From: a virus
Taxonomy: Duplodnaviria > Caudoviricetes
Length of the DNA stretch: 45,246 nt
Reading direction: 5' to 3' (one strand)
Virus record (IMG/VR): IMGVR_UViG_3300015050_000992
Location: 1 to 45,246 of that record
Position numbers and translations under genes: made by a program. Shown here piece by piece: positions 1 through 9,154 of this stretch; position 1 is the first letter of the stretch; each line of letters starts with the position of its first letter. A model generated the notes under the pieces. It did not search any database and was not told the DNA's origin. It saw nothing but the letters and a program-made list of their open reading frames with translations.

Positions 1-123
1 ATCTATGGCCGACTGGATGACGGCACCATGGGTATGGGCGTTGTCGGAAAAGACGGCAGCTTCAAAAAGGTCGACACCGGTGGCCTACAGGTACTCGGTC
101 CCTACGACACCAACGCATTGAAG
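1..123. repeat. Terminal direct repeat, copy 1 (circular assembly overlap)
   Basis: 1-123 is identical to 45124-45246, and an ORF runs in frame across the junction. Confidence 0.97.
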
Positions 124-636
124 GCCGCCGGCACTGCCTACGGCAAGGGCACTGGTCAGGCACAGTTCGACGTGCCGGCTGCTGAACTCACGATGCAGGA
201 AACGCTCGGTGCCATTCAGGACATCAAGAACAACAAGAAGGGCGCTGACGAGCAGTTCAGCATGGGCGGTCTGCAGCAGATGACGCCGGCTTGGCCAGGC
301 TCGGAGAAGGCGAACTTCCGCAATGCGGTCGCTCGCGGCGCCGATCAGGCCTTCCTCCAAGCTCGCGAAATGCTGCGTGGCGGTGGCCAGATTACCGACT
401 TTGAAGGCCGCAAGGCAGAGAACGCCATCACCAACATGACGCTGGCCTCCGAGTCCGGCAACAAGGCGGCCTTCGATGCCGCGCTGAAGGACTTCGAGGA
501 GGCGGTGAAAGCTGGCTATGCCAAGTTGGTTCAGCAGGCGTCCACCATGCCTGCGTTCGGTGGCGGCGCAGCCCCCCAGGCTTTGACCAGCGGCAACGTC
601 ACATCGACCGGCGTTCAGTGGAGCGTTGAACCCTAA
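1..636 (+). CDS. 3' part of a putative ejection (internal virion) protein that starts at 44584 (about 391 aa in total)
   Basis: ATG 44584 is in frame with ORF 28..636 across the repeat. A/G/Q-rich, and lies among the ejection-protein genes after the nozzle. Confidence 0.7.
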   Translation: MYGRLDDGTMGMGVVGKDGSFKKVDTGGLQVLGPYDTNALKAAGTAYGKGTGQAQFDVPAAELTMQETLGAIQDIKNNKKGADEQFSMGGLQQMTPAWPGSEKANFRNAVARGADQAFLQAREMLRGGGQITDFEGRKAENAITNMTLASESGNKAAFDAALKDFEEAVKAGYAKLVQQASTMPAFGGGAAPQALTSGNVTSTGVQWSVEP

Positions 637-2261
637 TGGCAACGCTGACCGTCAACGGCCGCAAAGTGAAGGTGGACGACAGCTTCTTGTCGCTGTCCCC
701 TCAGCAGCAGGAAGCGACCGTCAACGAAATCGCGGCGTCGATGGGGCAGGGCGCTCCGGCCGCGGCCGCGCCGACGCTTGGTCCTGGCGTGACGCAGTTG
801 CAGGGCAAGGTTGCCGACCTACCATCCAAGCAGGTCGAACGCCCGTCCCTTCTCAATTCCACCATGGCGACGGTCAACGGCCTCAGCGCGTCTGTGCCCG
901 GACTACAGAACGTTACGGATGCTATCGGTGGCACCGTAGCGCAGGTGATGGGCGGCAACTACGACCAGTACATCGATCGTCAACGCCAGCTCCGCGACAG
1001 CTTCGCAGCGTCCGCGCCTCTCGCGCGTCTCTCTGGCGAAATCGGCGGCACGGTGGCTGGCATGGGCGCGCTCGGCTCAACAAAGCTTGGCGCCGAAGCT
1101 CTCGGCATGTCTGGGCAGGGGCTTGGCAAACTGGTCAACGCCGGTCTGTCGTCCCAGGGTCTCTACACTGCGGACCAGTTGACGAAGGGCAAGGGCGGGC
1201 TCGAGGCGACTGGATACGGCTTGCCTGTTCTAGCGGGCGTAGGAGGCTCACTGGCGGGCGATCTGGTTTCAGGCATTGGCGGCAAGGTCGCGGACGCCGT
1301 GACGGCTGGCGCTCAGCGCAACCTCACCAAGAAGGCCATTGTCGGGGCTCCGTCCGCTACCGACCTCAAGAGCGCTGCATCTCAGATGTTCGAAGCGTCG
1401 ACCGGCGGCAAGCCGCTCATGGTCAACGACAACGCCTATTTTCGTTTCCTCGGGGACGTAAAGCAGGTTGCGGACAAGTTCCGTATCAACGCCGACAATG
1501 ACCAGCAGTCGGTCGGCCTGCTCAACACGCTGATGCGGATCGCCGACGAAACGGCAACTGGCACCAAAGTCGACATGAAGGACCTTCACCTGATCCGGCA
1601 GTTGGCTGGCAGCGTTGCCGACAGCTCGCAGGGGCGCGATGCGGCGTTTGGTCGTTCGGTCATTTCCAAGATGGACGACTTCATCAAGACGCTGAAGCCC
1701 TCAGACATTCTTGGCGGTGCTGATCCGAAGCAAGCGGCGAACGACCTGCTGATGGGCATCTCGACATGGTCGCGCGCCAGCAAGGTTGCGGCCATCGAGA
1801 AGGCCATCAATGCTGGTCAGGTAGCGGCGTCTGGTCCAGAGAAGGGTATCCGGAACGCTCTACGCGCAATCGTCAAGGACGAGCAGACGTGGAAGACCTT
1901 CACCAAGGCTGAACAGCGCGCCATCCTCGATGTGGTCGAAGGCACCCCGGGCTCCAACCTGCTGAAGCTCATCGGCACGTTCGGCTTCGGCGCGAACACC
2001 GCCACCAACGGCATCGGCGGCGCGGCTGGCATGATGATCGGCAATTCACTCGCGCCTGGCATTGGTCTGGTGCTTGGGCCGGCCATCGGCGCTGCAGCAA
2101 AGAAGGGCAGCGAGGCGATGACGGGCAATCTGGCTCAGCGCGCGCTCGGGGCCGCTGCTACGCCTAATGTGCCGATCGCCAAGCAGGCTCCTAACCTCCT
2201 CGCTGGCGCCAAGCGGCCGCTGGAGCTGCTAATCCGCGGTGGAGCGCTATCCGGTCAGTAA
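636..2261 (+). CDS. Putative DNA ejection/transfer protein, 541 aa
   Basis: G/A-rich helical protein; TAATG overlap with the previous gene; last of three ejection-type genes, as in podoviruses. Confidence 0.65.
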   Translation: MATLTVNGRKVKVDDSFLSLSPQQQEATVNEIAASMGQGAPAAAAPTLGPGVTQLQGKVADLPSKQVERPSLLNSTMATVNGLSASVPGLQNVTDAIGGTVAQVMGGNYDQYIDRQRQLRDSFAASAPLARLSGEIGGTVAGMGALGSTKLGAEALGMSGQGLGKLVNAGLSSQGLYTADQLTKGKGGLEATGYGLPVLAGVGGSLAGDLVSGIGGKVADAVTAGAQRNLTKKAIVGAPSATDLKSAASQMFEASTGGKPLMVNDNAYFRFLGDVKQVADKFRINADNDQQSVGLLNTLMRIADETATGTKVDMKDLHLIRQLAGSVADSSQGRDAAFGRSVISKMDDFIKTLKPSDILGGADPKQAANDLLMGISTWSRASKVAAIEKAINAGQVAASGPEKGIRNALRAIVKDEQTWKTFTKAEQRAILDVVEGTPGSNLLKLIGTFGFGANTATNGIGGAAGMMIGNSLAPGIGLVLGPAIGAAAKKGSEAMTGNLAQRALGAAATPNVPIAKQAPNLLAGAKRPLELLIRGGALSGQ

Positions 2262-2392
2262 AACTGACCACCATTCGTGAAGTAGCGGATGAGGACCAAG
2301 CCAACGGCAACCGTAATGAGCTGCCACCACCATCCCTTGTTGGTCAGCCAATCCGGGCCTTTAGGGACTTCGTTGTCTTCGCGTTCGCCCAT
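2255..2392 (-). CDS. 45-aa single-TM membrane peptide (MGEREDNEVPKGPDWLTNKGWWWQLITVAVGLVLIRYFTNGGQFY); superinfection-exclusion candidate
   Basis: Hand-translated; strong GGAGGTGA SD upstream; convergent with the ejection gene. Confidence 0.6.
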   Translation of the reverse strand: MGEREDNEVPKGPDWLTNKGWWWQLITVAVGLVLIRYFTNGGQFY

Positions 2393-2440
2393 CTCACCTC
2401 CAAGCCCCGCACAAAACTAAGCGCATCCCGAACTCTCAAC

Positions 2441-2463
2441 AAGGCCCTCAGGGGCCTTTTTCT
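2441..2463 (+). terminator. Rho-independent terminator
   Basis: AAGGCCC-TCAG-GGGCCTT followed by TTTCT. Confidence 0.7.
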
Positions 2464-2474
2464 ATGAGGCCATC

Positions 2475-3647
2475 ATGGCAGGCAGCTTTCTCGACTTCAT
2501 GGGCGGCATCGGTAGCACGCCGCCGAAGGTCTACGGCACCAGTGCTGAAGACGTGGCGCTGCGTCAGCAGATGTCAAGCGGCGCGAACTACTGGAACAAC
2601 ACCAGACCGTCGCAGACTGGCTACCTGCCGTCGTTGACAGGCCCGTCAGCAACGAACACCGGCGGCTCGGTCTACCCGTGGAACTCCCCGTCGCAGATGA
2701 CGGCTCCGACCTACGGCGGAAACGGCGCCGCGAACCCGGTCCAGACCACGACCAGAGGCGGGCTCAATCCCGCCACTGACAAGAGGCTGGAGCACTTCCT
2801 GGCATCTGAAGGGCGTTCGGTAGCCGATCTGCTCGCCGGCATCGGCTCCTACGGCGGTACGGCCGGTCTGAGCCAGCCTGGCACCGCTGCGGGTGCCGCG
2901 GCGAAACTGGCGCAGGGTGGGGCACCTACCCAAGGTTATGCGCCGTGGGGCACCTACAGCCGTTCGCTGGCCTATAACAACCTTAACCCTTCGCCCGCAC
3001 CGGCTTCTCCGGCATCGCCAATGGAAGACGCCCTGATTGCTCAAGGCGTGCGGCCTGGCGTGTCGCAGCAGCCCCCCGTGGGCGCGAACCCCGGCATGGG
3101 CGGCGCCATGATCGGCAACGGCCAGATGGCGTCTGGCATCCCGCCGCAGCTACCACCGGCCGATGGCAGCTCCCCGCTCCCGGTATGGGCCGGCGACAAT
3201 CCACAGCAGGCAGGCGGGCAGCCGCTCGGCATCAACGTGCGCGGTGGGCAGCAGCCGAACGTGTCTCCGAGCGATCGCTACAGCCTCGCAAACATGCTGG
3301 GGCAGATCAATGCTCAGAAGGCGCAGTCCAACGCCAATGGCGTGGCTGGTGGATACAACTACGTCAACGGCAAAAAGACCGGCCTCGCCGCTCGGACTAT
3401 CGGCGGCACGGTGTACGCGCCGCGTGACGCCGCGTCAGCCTACGGCCTCGCCAATGCAGCCGGGCAGATCGCGGCCAAGAACAAGCAGGCCACTGCGACC
3501 GGAAATACCGGGGTCTATTCGTACAAGAACGGCGTGAAAACCGGAACCGTTGGTGGCGGCTCAAGCGCCTCTGCCTATGAAAAAGCCGCGTCCAAGTCCC
3601 GAGACAGAGGGACGAGTGGCGAAGGCGGCAACCCGAGCTGGTGGTGA
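2475..3647 (+). CDS. Low-complexity G/A/S/P-rich putative virion protein, 390 aa
   Basis: GAGG SD; lies between ejection and tail fibre genes; internal repeat of the form Y.LAN..GQI.A.K / Y.Y.NG.KTG. Confidence 0.55.
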   Translation: MAGSFLDFMGGIGSTPPKVYGTSAEDVALRQQMSSGANYWNNTRPSQTGYLPSLTGPSATNTGGSVYPWNSPSQMTAPTYGGNGAANPVQTTTRGGLNPATDKRLEHFLASEGRSVADLLAGIGSYGGTAGLSQPGTAAGAAAKLAQGGAPTQGYAPWGTYSRSLAYNNLNPSPAPASPASPMEDALIAQGVRPGVSQQPPVGANPGMGGAMIGNGQMASGIPPQLPPADGSSPLPVWAGDNPQQAGGQPLGINVRGGQQPNVSPSDRYSLANMLGQINAQKAQSNANGVAGGYNYVNGKKTGLAARTIGGTVYAPRDAASAYGLANAAGQIAAKNKQATATGNTGVYSYKNGVKTGTVGGGSSASAYEKAASKSRDRGTSGEGGNPSWW

Positions 3648-3650
3648 TCC

Positions 3651-4331
3651 ATGCCCATTACTGAATATTCGCAGTGGTCAACCACGGCTGCCAGCAACAC
3701 TGATCTGAACTCCATCAGCCTCGCGGAGGGTGTGACACTGCCCTCGTCAGTGAACAACCTGTTCCGCGAGATGATGGCGCAGCTCAAGACGGCGGCGTTC
3801 AGTGCCGGCGGCTACGCTCCAGGCGGAACCGATGTGGCACTCGCCGATGGCGGCACGGGTGCATCGCTCGTAGACCCGAACGCTGACCGCATACTGTTCT
3901 GGGACGACAGTGCGGGTGCTATGACGTGGCTGAGCCTCGCGGGCAACATCGCGATTTCAGGTACGGAGCTGCGAGTCTCCGAAACCATCGCCATCGCTGT
4001 TTCCGACGAGACAACGGCCATCACCACCGGCACGGACAAGGTGAAGTTCCGCATGCCCTATGCCTTCACCGTGACGGCTGTACGGGCTTCGCTCTCGACA
4101 GCCTCATCCTCTGGGCTGCCGACCTTCGACATCAACGAGAGCGGCACGACCATCCTCTCGACCAAGCTCAGCATCGACGCCAACGAGAAGACATCGACCA
4201 CGGCGGCAACGGCTGCAGTCATCTCGGATACCGCGCTAGCCGATGATGCGGAAATCACCATTGATATCGACGTGGCGGGCACGGGCGCAAAGGGCGCCAA
4301 GATCTACCTCATTGGCTACAAGGCGAGCTGA
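3651..4331 (+). CDS. Tail fibre protein 1 (anchor-containing)
   Basis: N-terminus WSTTAASNTDL...SSVNNLFREMMAQ resembles rhizobiophage tail-fibre anchors and is shared with 5595..7079. Confidence 0.7.
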   Translation: MPITEYSQWSTTAASNTDLNSISLAEGVTLPSSVNNLFREMMAQLKTAAFSAGGYAPGGTDVALADGGTGASLVDPNADRILFWDDSAGAMTWLSLAGNIAISGTELRVSETIAIAVSDETTAITTGTDKVKFRMPYAFTVTAVRASLSTASSSGLPTFDINESGTTILSTKLSIDANEKTSTTAATAAVISDTALADDAEITIDIDVAGTGAKGAKIYLIGYKAS

Positions 4332-5137
4332 TGTTCCTGATCTCGCCATTCTCGCATCTGCCGGGGACGATGCTCTCGGCCATCCAGCGTATCGGCGCCA
4401 CGGGCTCGCTTCAACTCTGCTACGATGCGGGGGATATCAGTTCATGGCCTGGATCCGGCCAGTACTGGGAGGATGTTTCAGGCAACAACGTCGATGCGAT
4501 CAACGGCACCAGCGCTGGGGACGCCAACCTCGACTATACGTTCAATGGCGTCGTCGGGGGGCAAAGCTCGGGGGAGTCCTGGCGCAACAACCTCGGCCTC
4601 TTCCGTATACCGCTGCAGTCGTGGATGCATGCCTTCCACAAGAACGACGCCCAACTCACGATTGCTGGGTGGTCGAAGGGATCAAACAAAGGCATGTTCA
4701 ATTTCAACACGCTCGACATCAACGGCGATTTTGGAGGAGTAGCAGGGCCGGGGATTGCTTTCGGTCCCGCAAACGGTTCCGGCGGATCCACGTTGTACGC
4801 TCCCGTTTTCAATGCCTTCAACGGGTCTGAGGCGTTAGTTGGAGCTGCCCAAAGTACCATCGTACCACCTAGCAACACATGGATATTCTCCGCGGTGTCG
4901 TACAACGAAACGACAGGGGCTTGGGTGCTCCAAGTCAACGGCACACAGGAAACCGGAACCATGACATACTCATCCCCCTCCGCTTCCGATGGTACGAAAG
5001 ACGGAGAGATATACCTCAGCAGCAATGGCACCGGCGGCACGCTGGAACTCAATTCAATGGCGGTGTGGAACCGGCCACTATCAGCGAGTGAACTAACGGC
5101 GCTCTACAACGCACAGGCGACGAAGTTCGGGCTCTAG
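4331..5137 (+). CDS. LamG/ConA-like jelly-roll protein, probable receptor-binding tip
   Basis: W.DVSGN, W.FSAVSYN, LQVNG and WNRPLSASE..LYN motifs; TGATG coupling to fibre 1. Confidence 0.7.
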   Translation: MFLISPFSHLPGTMLSAIQRIGATGSLQLCYDAGDISSWPGSGQYWEDVSGNNVDAINGTSAGDANLDYTFNGVVGGQSSGESWRNNLGLFRIPLQSWMHAFHKNDAQLTIAGWSKGSNKGMFNFNTLDINGDFGGVAGPGIAFGPANGSGGSTLYAPVFNAFNGSEALVGAAQSTIVPPSNTWIFSAVSYNETTGAWVLQVNGTQETGTMTYSSPSASDGTKDGEIYLSSNGTGGTLELNSMAVWNRPLSASELTALYNAQATKFGL

Positions 5138-5169
5138 AGTTTTGACTGCCGACCACTTATCTATCCCGT

Positions 5170-5508
5170 ATGAGGGAATTTGCCTTATCTGCTATATTGG
5201 TCCTGTCGATGTCGTCCGGAGCGATGGCTTGCGATGCCCGGCACTTGCCGCCAGCCTATTTCGACCACGAGCCCACCGTGCCCTACAAGGTATTCAAGTG
5301 GGACGCGGACATGCTGCTCTCGGTATGCGGCGGCGGGTACTTTCCCAACCCTGGTGGTTGTGCCGAGCGGGTTTCTGACGACATGTGGTTCATCTATCTG
5401 AAGGCGACGGCGAAGTCCCCAGAGTGCCTGCTGCGCCACGAAAAGGGCCATGTGAACGGGTGGGAGCACTCCGCTTTCTCGTCCTCCAAAGGGCGGGAGC
5501 CCAAGTAG
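5170..5508 (+). CDS. Secreted Cys-rich protein with HExxH motif (possible moron)
   Basis: Signal-peptide-like N-terminus; LRHEKGH; TTGACT at 5142 upstream; terminator downstream. Confidence 0.55.
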   Translation: MREFALSAILVLSMSSGAMACDARHLPPAYFDHEPTVPYKVFKWDADMLLSVCGGGYFPNPGGCAERVSDDMWFIYLKATAKSPECLLRHEKGHVNGWEHSAFSSSKGREPK

Positions 5509-5546
5509 CCTCTGCTTAGCCCACGCCTGACATCATTGAACTCTCC

Positions 5547-5575
5547 AGCCCCGCCACTCAGCGGGGTTTTTCTTT
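5547..5575 (+). terminator. Rho-independent terminator
   Basis: AGCCCCGC-CACTCA-GCGGGGTT followed by TTTCTTT. Confidence 0.75.
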
Positions 5576-5594
5576 GCCCCACACATGGTGACGC

Positions 5595-7079
5595 ATGCCC
5601 AACAACACAGTTTCGGACTGGTCGGTGACCCCTGCCTCAAATACTGAGGTAGGTGGCGTTGATCTCGCTGAAAACAGCATGCGCCCCCGTGACGTGAACA
5701 ACGCCATCCGGACCATGATGGCGCAGATCGCGACGGGGATTGATAACAGCGAGTTCGGCAGCGCGTACTTTAGCCCTGCGAGCGCGAGCAGTGCGGCGTA
5801 CCTAGATTTCCGCGAGGACACGGACAACGGCACCAACCGGGTGAGGGTGATCGCGCCGGCAGCCGTCGCCGCGGACCGTACGTTCACGCTGCCAGATGTG
5901 GACGTGACAATATCCACGTTTGGCGCCTCGCTCATGGACGATGCTGCAGCTTCTAACGGGCGAGCAACACTCGGCCTCGCCACTACCACCACAGACAATG
6001 CCGTGGCTCGGTTTGATAGCACCGCAGGGGCAACGCAGAACAGCGGCGTCATCGTCGATGACAGCAACAACGTTAGTGGCATTGGCACCCTGGCGTCAGG
6101 CGCGGTGGCGGCAACTACGGGAGCAGGCGTTAGTCCTGTAGTCGGCACCCTGCAAGCTGCAAATGCCTTCTCTGCTGGCTTTGTGATGCAGAAGCGCGGT
6201 CACACCAGCGATGCAACCGCGGCCGTAGGGTCGGGAGGAGAGATCGGCTACCACGAGTTTAAGGGGTGGGACGGAAGCGCGTACGGTCGCGCGGCTTACG
6301 TCATCGTTAGCGCGACGGAAGCATTCACCGGATCGGCCCACGGCGGAAAGTACACCATCGTTACTACTACCACCGGCACCACGTCCGAGGGGGCCCGTGT
6401 CACTATCGGTCCCGGCGTGCAGGTTGGCAGTCCTACGGGTGGCGACAAGGGGGCGGGCACTATCAACGCCAACGATGTCTATAACGACAACGTTGCCCTG
6501 ACCTGCATGGCTCTGCAGGCGGAATTTCTCAAGAGCGGCACGGTGGATATCGAGAAATGGGACGCTCTTGTTCCGGACATAGTTATTCCCGAGCGCAGGG
6601 AAAGCGTGCCACTCACCTACACGATAACTGAGACGAAGCCGGTTGAGGTGACTAAGGAAGAGGGCGGCCGGCTGGTTCGGCGCTTGGAGGTGAGGCCCGT
6701 CGAACGGAAAGTTCCTGTGGTGTGGGCGGAGCCGGTTTATGATGACAAAGGCACCATCGTAGATGCGGTCGAAACGCCGCTGTTCGATGAAGTCGTGACG
6801 CCGGAGAAGGTCACCCCCCGAGTTCACGGCACCGCCCGGCTGTTCGCCGCGATGCTTGCCGAAGGGTTCGACCCCCGCGACCCGGCTCAGTACATCGCCA
6901 AGCTCAAATCAGACCAGGCGCTGCCCGGCATGCCATCGCTGGCGTCGTGGCAGCACAACGAAATCGGCTCTGGCGAAATGTTTATGCGCCTTTGGCTCGC
7001 CAGCGAAATGATGGCGCTAGTCACTATGAACTTGCACGACAGAGTGTCTGCCCTCGAAGCCGTGCGTCGGCGCGCCTAA
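5595..7079 (+). CDS. Tail fibre protein 2, possibly with a C-terminal intramolecular chaperone
   Basis: Anchor motif, G/T-rich shaft, PTGGDKGAGTINA motif, and a C-terminal LPGMPS...LHDRVSALE coiled-coil end. Confidence 0.75.
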   Translation: MPNNTVSDWSVTPASNTEVGGVDLAENSMRPRDVNNAIRTMMAQIATGIDNSEFGSAYFSPASASSAAYLDFREDTDNGTNRVRVIAPAAVAADRTFTLPDVDVTISTFGASLMDDAAASNGRATLGLATTTTDNAVARFDSTAGATQNSGVIVDDSNNVSGIGTLASGAVAATTGAGVSPVVGTLQAANAFSAGFVMQKRGHTSDATAAVGSGGEIGYHEFKGWDGSAYGRAAYVIVSATEAFTGSAHGGKYTIVTTTTGTTSEGARVTIGPGVQVGSPTGGDKGAGTINANDVYNDNVALTCMALQAEFLKSGTVDIEKWDALVPDIVIPERRESVPLTYTITETKPVEVTKEEGGRLVRRLEVRPVERKVPVVWAEPVYDDKGTIVDAVETPLFDEVVTPEKVTPRVHGTARLFAAMLAEGFDPRDPAQYIAKLKSDQALPGMPSLASWQHNEIGSGEMFMRLWLASEMMALVTMNLHDRVSALEAVRRRA

Positions 7080-7127
7080 CCCCCAGTATGCGGGCATGTC
7101 CCGCGATCCATCACATCGGAGCGAACA

Positions 7128-7286
7128 ATGCGAACCTTCTTCGGAATGGTGGCGCTCCTCGCTGGCCTCTTCTTGCTTGTCCGCTATGCCATCGAGCGCT
7201 TCGTCACCCGGACGGAGCCACCAGCCATTTCGGCAATTGTCGGGCTTGCGCTGTCTGGCACCGGCATCGCCGTTATCCTCATCTGA
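7128..7286 (+). CDS. 52-aa two-TM protein, holin candidate
   Basis: Hand-translated MRTFFGMVALLAGLFLLVRYAIERF...AIVGLALSGTGIAVILI; GGAG SD; immediately upstream of the endolysin. Confidence 0.55.
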   Translation: MRTFFGMVALLAGLFLLVRYAIERFVTRTEPPAISAIVGLALSGTGIAVILI

Positions 7287-7298
7287 TCGGAGACCATC

Positions 7299-7982
7299 AT
7301 GAACCTCGCCGCGTTCTTCGCGGGGGTGCGCCCGCTATTCGGCGGCGAACTCTCCCAGCAGCAGGTGGATGCGCTCAATGCCATCCTCGCAGCCTGGGAT
7401 CAGTACGGCGACGATGATATCCGCCATCTAGCCTACATCCTCGCCACCAGTAAGCACGAGACACGCAACTACGACTTCATGCGGGAAATCTGGGGCCCGA
7501 CGCCAGCCCAGAAGGGCTATGAGGGGCGCAAAGACCTCGGCAACACCGTCAAGGGCGACGGCAAGCGCTTCATGGGTCGCGGCTTCGTCCAGATCACCGG
7601 CCGTCGCAATTATGCGGACTGGTCGAAGCGCCTCGGGCTGGACCTGCTCAGCAAGCCGTCGCTGGCTGAGGGCTACGAAGTTGCGGCCCGCATCATAGTC
7701 GAAGGCATGCTGAAAGGCACGTTCACCGGCAAGAAGCTGGCGGACTATCCCCACGACTTCGTTGAGGCCCGCCGCGTCGTCAACGGCACCGACCGCGCCG
7801 TGATGATCGCTGGCTATGCCTATCAGTTCCAGACGGCTCTGGCAGACGCGCTGACACCGCCGAAGCCCGCCACACCAGCCGCACCCCAAACGCCTGCCAG
7901 CGAGGCCCCTACGCGCCGCCCCGGCTTCTGGCAGGCCATGCTCAACATCATCCTCGCCATCTTTCGCAGAAAGCCCCTCTGA
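7299..7982 (+). CDS. Endolysin, glycoside hydrolase family 19-like
   Basis: AYILAT.KHET, YEGRKDLGN..GDGKRFMGRGFVQITGR.NY and ARRVVNGTD motifs; amphipathic C-terminal tail. Confidence 0.9.
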   Translation: MNLAAFFAGVRPLFGGELSQQQVDALNAILAAWDQYGDDDIRHLAYILATSKHETRNYDFMREIWGPTPAQKGYEGRKDLGNTVKGDGKRFMGRGFVQITGRRNYADWSKRLGLDLLSKPSLAEGYEVAARIIVEGMLKGTFTGKKLADYPHDFVEARRVVNGTDRAVMIAGYAYQFQTALADALTPPKPATPAAPQTPASEAPTRRPGFWQAMLNIILAIFRRKPL

Positions 7983-8224
7983 TGGACCCAATTCGCTGGT
8001 TTCAATCGCGCACAATCTGGCTGCAGATCGTCGGACTGATCTCCGTTCTCGCCTCGCTGGCGCTTACGCATCTCCCCGGCCTCGGCCTCGATCCCAAGCC
8101 GCTGCTCTGGTGGACGCTCGGGCTGACGGTGGTTGTGCACGTCGCCACGTGGATCGTGCGCCAGGCACCGAATGAGCCGGCCCCCCCGGTTGGCACCAAG
8201 GCAGAGGTGGAGGAGGCGAAATGA
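7982..8224 (+). CDS. Holin-like two-TM protein
   Basis: WFQSRTIW N-terminus, two hydrophobic helices, charged C-terminus; coupled to the endolysin. Confidence 0.65.
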   Translation: MDPIRWFQSRTIWLQIVGLISVLASLALTHLPGLGLDPKPLLWWTLGLTVVVHVATWIVRQAPNEPAPPVGTKAEVEEAK

Positions 8225-8526
8225 ACCTCTCCTGCGTCTTCGACCCGGGCGCCTGTGCTTCCGCCGTCCTCGCCGATTGGGTGAACTGGGTTCCATTTGG
8301 CTCCCACGGCCTGATGTTCCTCGCCGGCATGATTGTCGGGGCAGTGCTCGGCAAGTGGGGCGTTGGCGCGCTGTTGGTGGCGTTCGCCGCCCTGAAATTC
8401 GTCCCGAAGTCGCCCAAGCCCGATGATGGCGACGATCCGATTGAACACATCCCAGACAGCCGGCCGTTCGGGTCAAAGCCCAAGGTGCAGGTGAAGAAGC
8501 GCCGCACCATTTTCGACCGTTCCTGA
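8221..8526 (+). CDS. Membrane protein of the lysis cassette
   Basis: Hydrophobic core, basic C-terminus, ATGA overlap. Confidence 0.6.
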   Translation: MNLSCVFDPGACASAVLADWVNWVPFGSHGLMFLAGMIVGAVLGKWGVGALLVAFAALKFVPKSPKPDDGDDPIEHIPDSRPFGSKPKVQVKKRRTIFDRS

Positions 8527-8537
8527 AAGGAACCCCA

Positions 8538-8700
8538 ATGGACCTAACAACCATCTTCATCGTCGTGGCCGCAATCGTCGGCCTCTGGTGGATATTCCCC
8601 CAGGCTGCCGCGCATTGCCCAGATCGTCGTGGCTATCGTGGTCGCCATCGCCTGCGTGCTGGTCCTGCTGAATTTCGCAGGCGTTCCAGTCCACTTCTGA
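8538..8700 (+). pseudogene. Two-TM small membrane protein interrupted by a +1 frameshift at C5 (8597-8601)
   Basis: Removing one C gives MDLTTIFIVVAAIVGLWWIFPRLPRIAQIVVAIVVAIACVLVLLNFAGVPVHF*. Confidence 0.65.
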
Positions 8701-8812
8701 AGCGGCCCCGAGCAGCAGTTGCAATGCTGCCCGAGGCCTTGAGCCCACCAGCGTCTACCTGGAGAAGCCCCGTGCCCATTATTGACCACCAACCATTGAA
8801 GGGATGCTAACC

Positions 8813-9154
8813 ATGGCTCCCGCTATCAAAGACCCTGCCGAAGCCTCCTGGCACTTCGATCGCAGGATACCGATTGCCCTCATCGTCACGATTGCCGTGC
8901 AGACCTTCGGCATTGTCTGGTGGGCATCGTGGGTGAACTCACAGATCGTTGCCGGGCAGGCGACAGATGTCACTCTCGCCAATGCCGATGTCGCAATTGC
9001 TGTTCGGCTCAAGGACGTTGAAGGCGCCACCAACGATGTGAACGTTCGGCTGGCTCGGTTTGAAGTGCTGCTCGAGGGAGCCGCCGATCAGATCAAGGAA
9101 CAGCGGGCCATCCTTACCCAGATCCGGGATAGCGTAGGGCCGGCGAAACAGTGA
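8813..9154 (+). CDS. TM plus coiled-coil lysis-region protein
   Basis: WHFDRRIPIALIVTIAVQT..WWAS helix followed by heptad repeats. Confidence 0.6.
   Translation: MAPAIKDPAEASWHFDRRIPIALIVTIAVQTFGIVWWASWVNSQIVAGQATDVTLANADVAIAVRLKDVEGATNDVNVRLARFEVLLEGAADQIKEQRAILTQIRDSVGPAKQ

Noticed and set aside
1-123. Terminal repeat as a physical genome end (DTR)
   Set aside because: It falls mid-gene with the frame continuous across the junction, which is typical of assembler overlap on a circular contig.
626-1501. 291-aa alternative-frame ORF, and similar shadows at 34122..35087, 35235..36284 and 41719..42744
   Set aside because: Shadow ORFs expected in GC-rich coding DNA; unlike the MTase beta chain they carry no conserved motifs.
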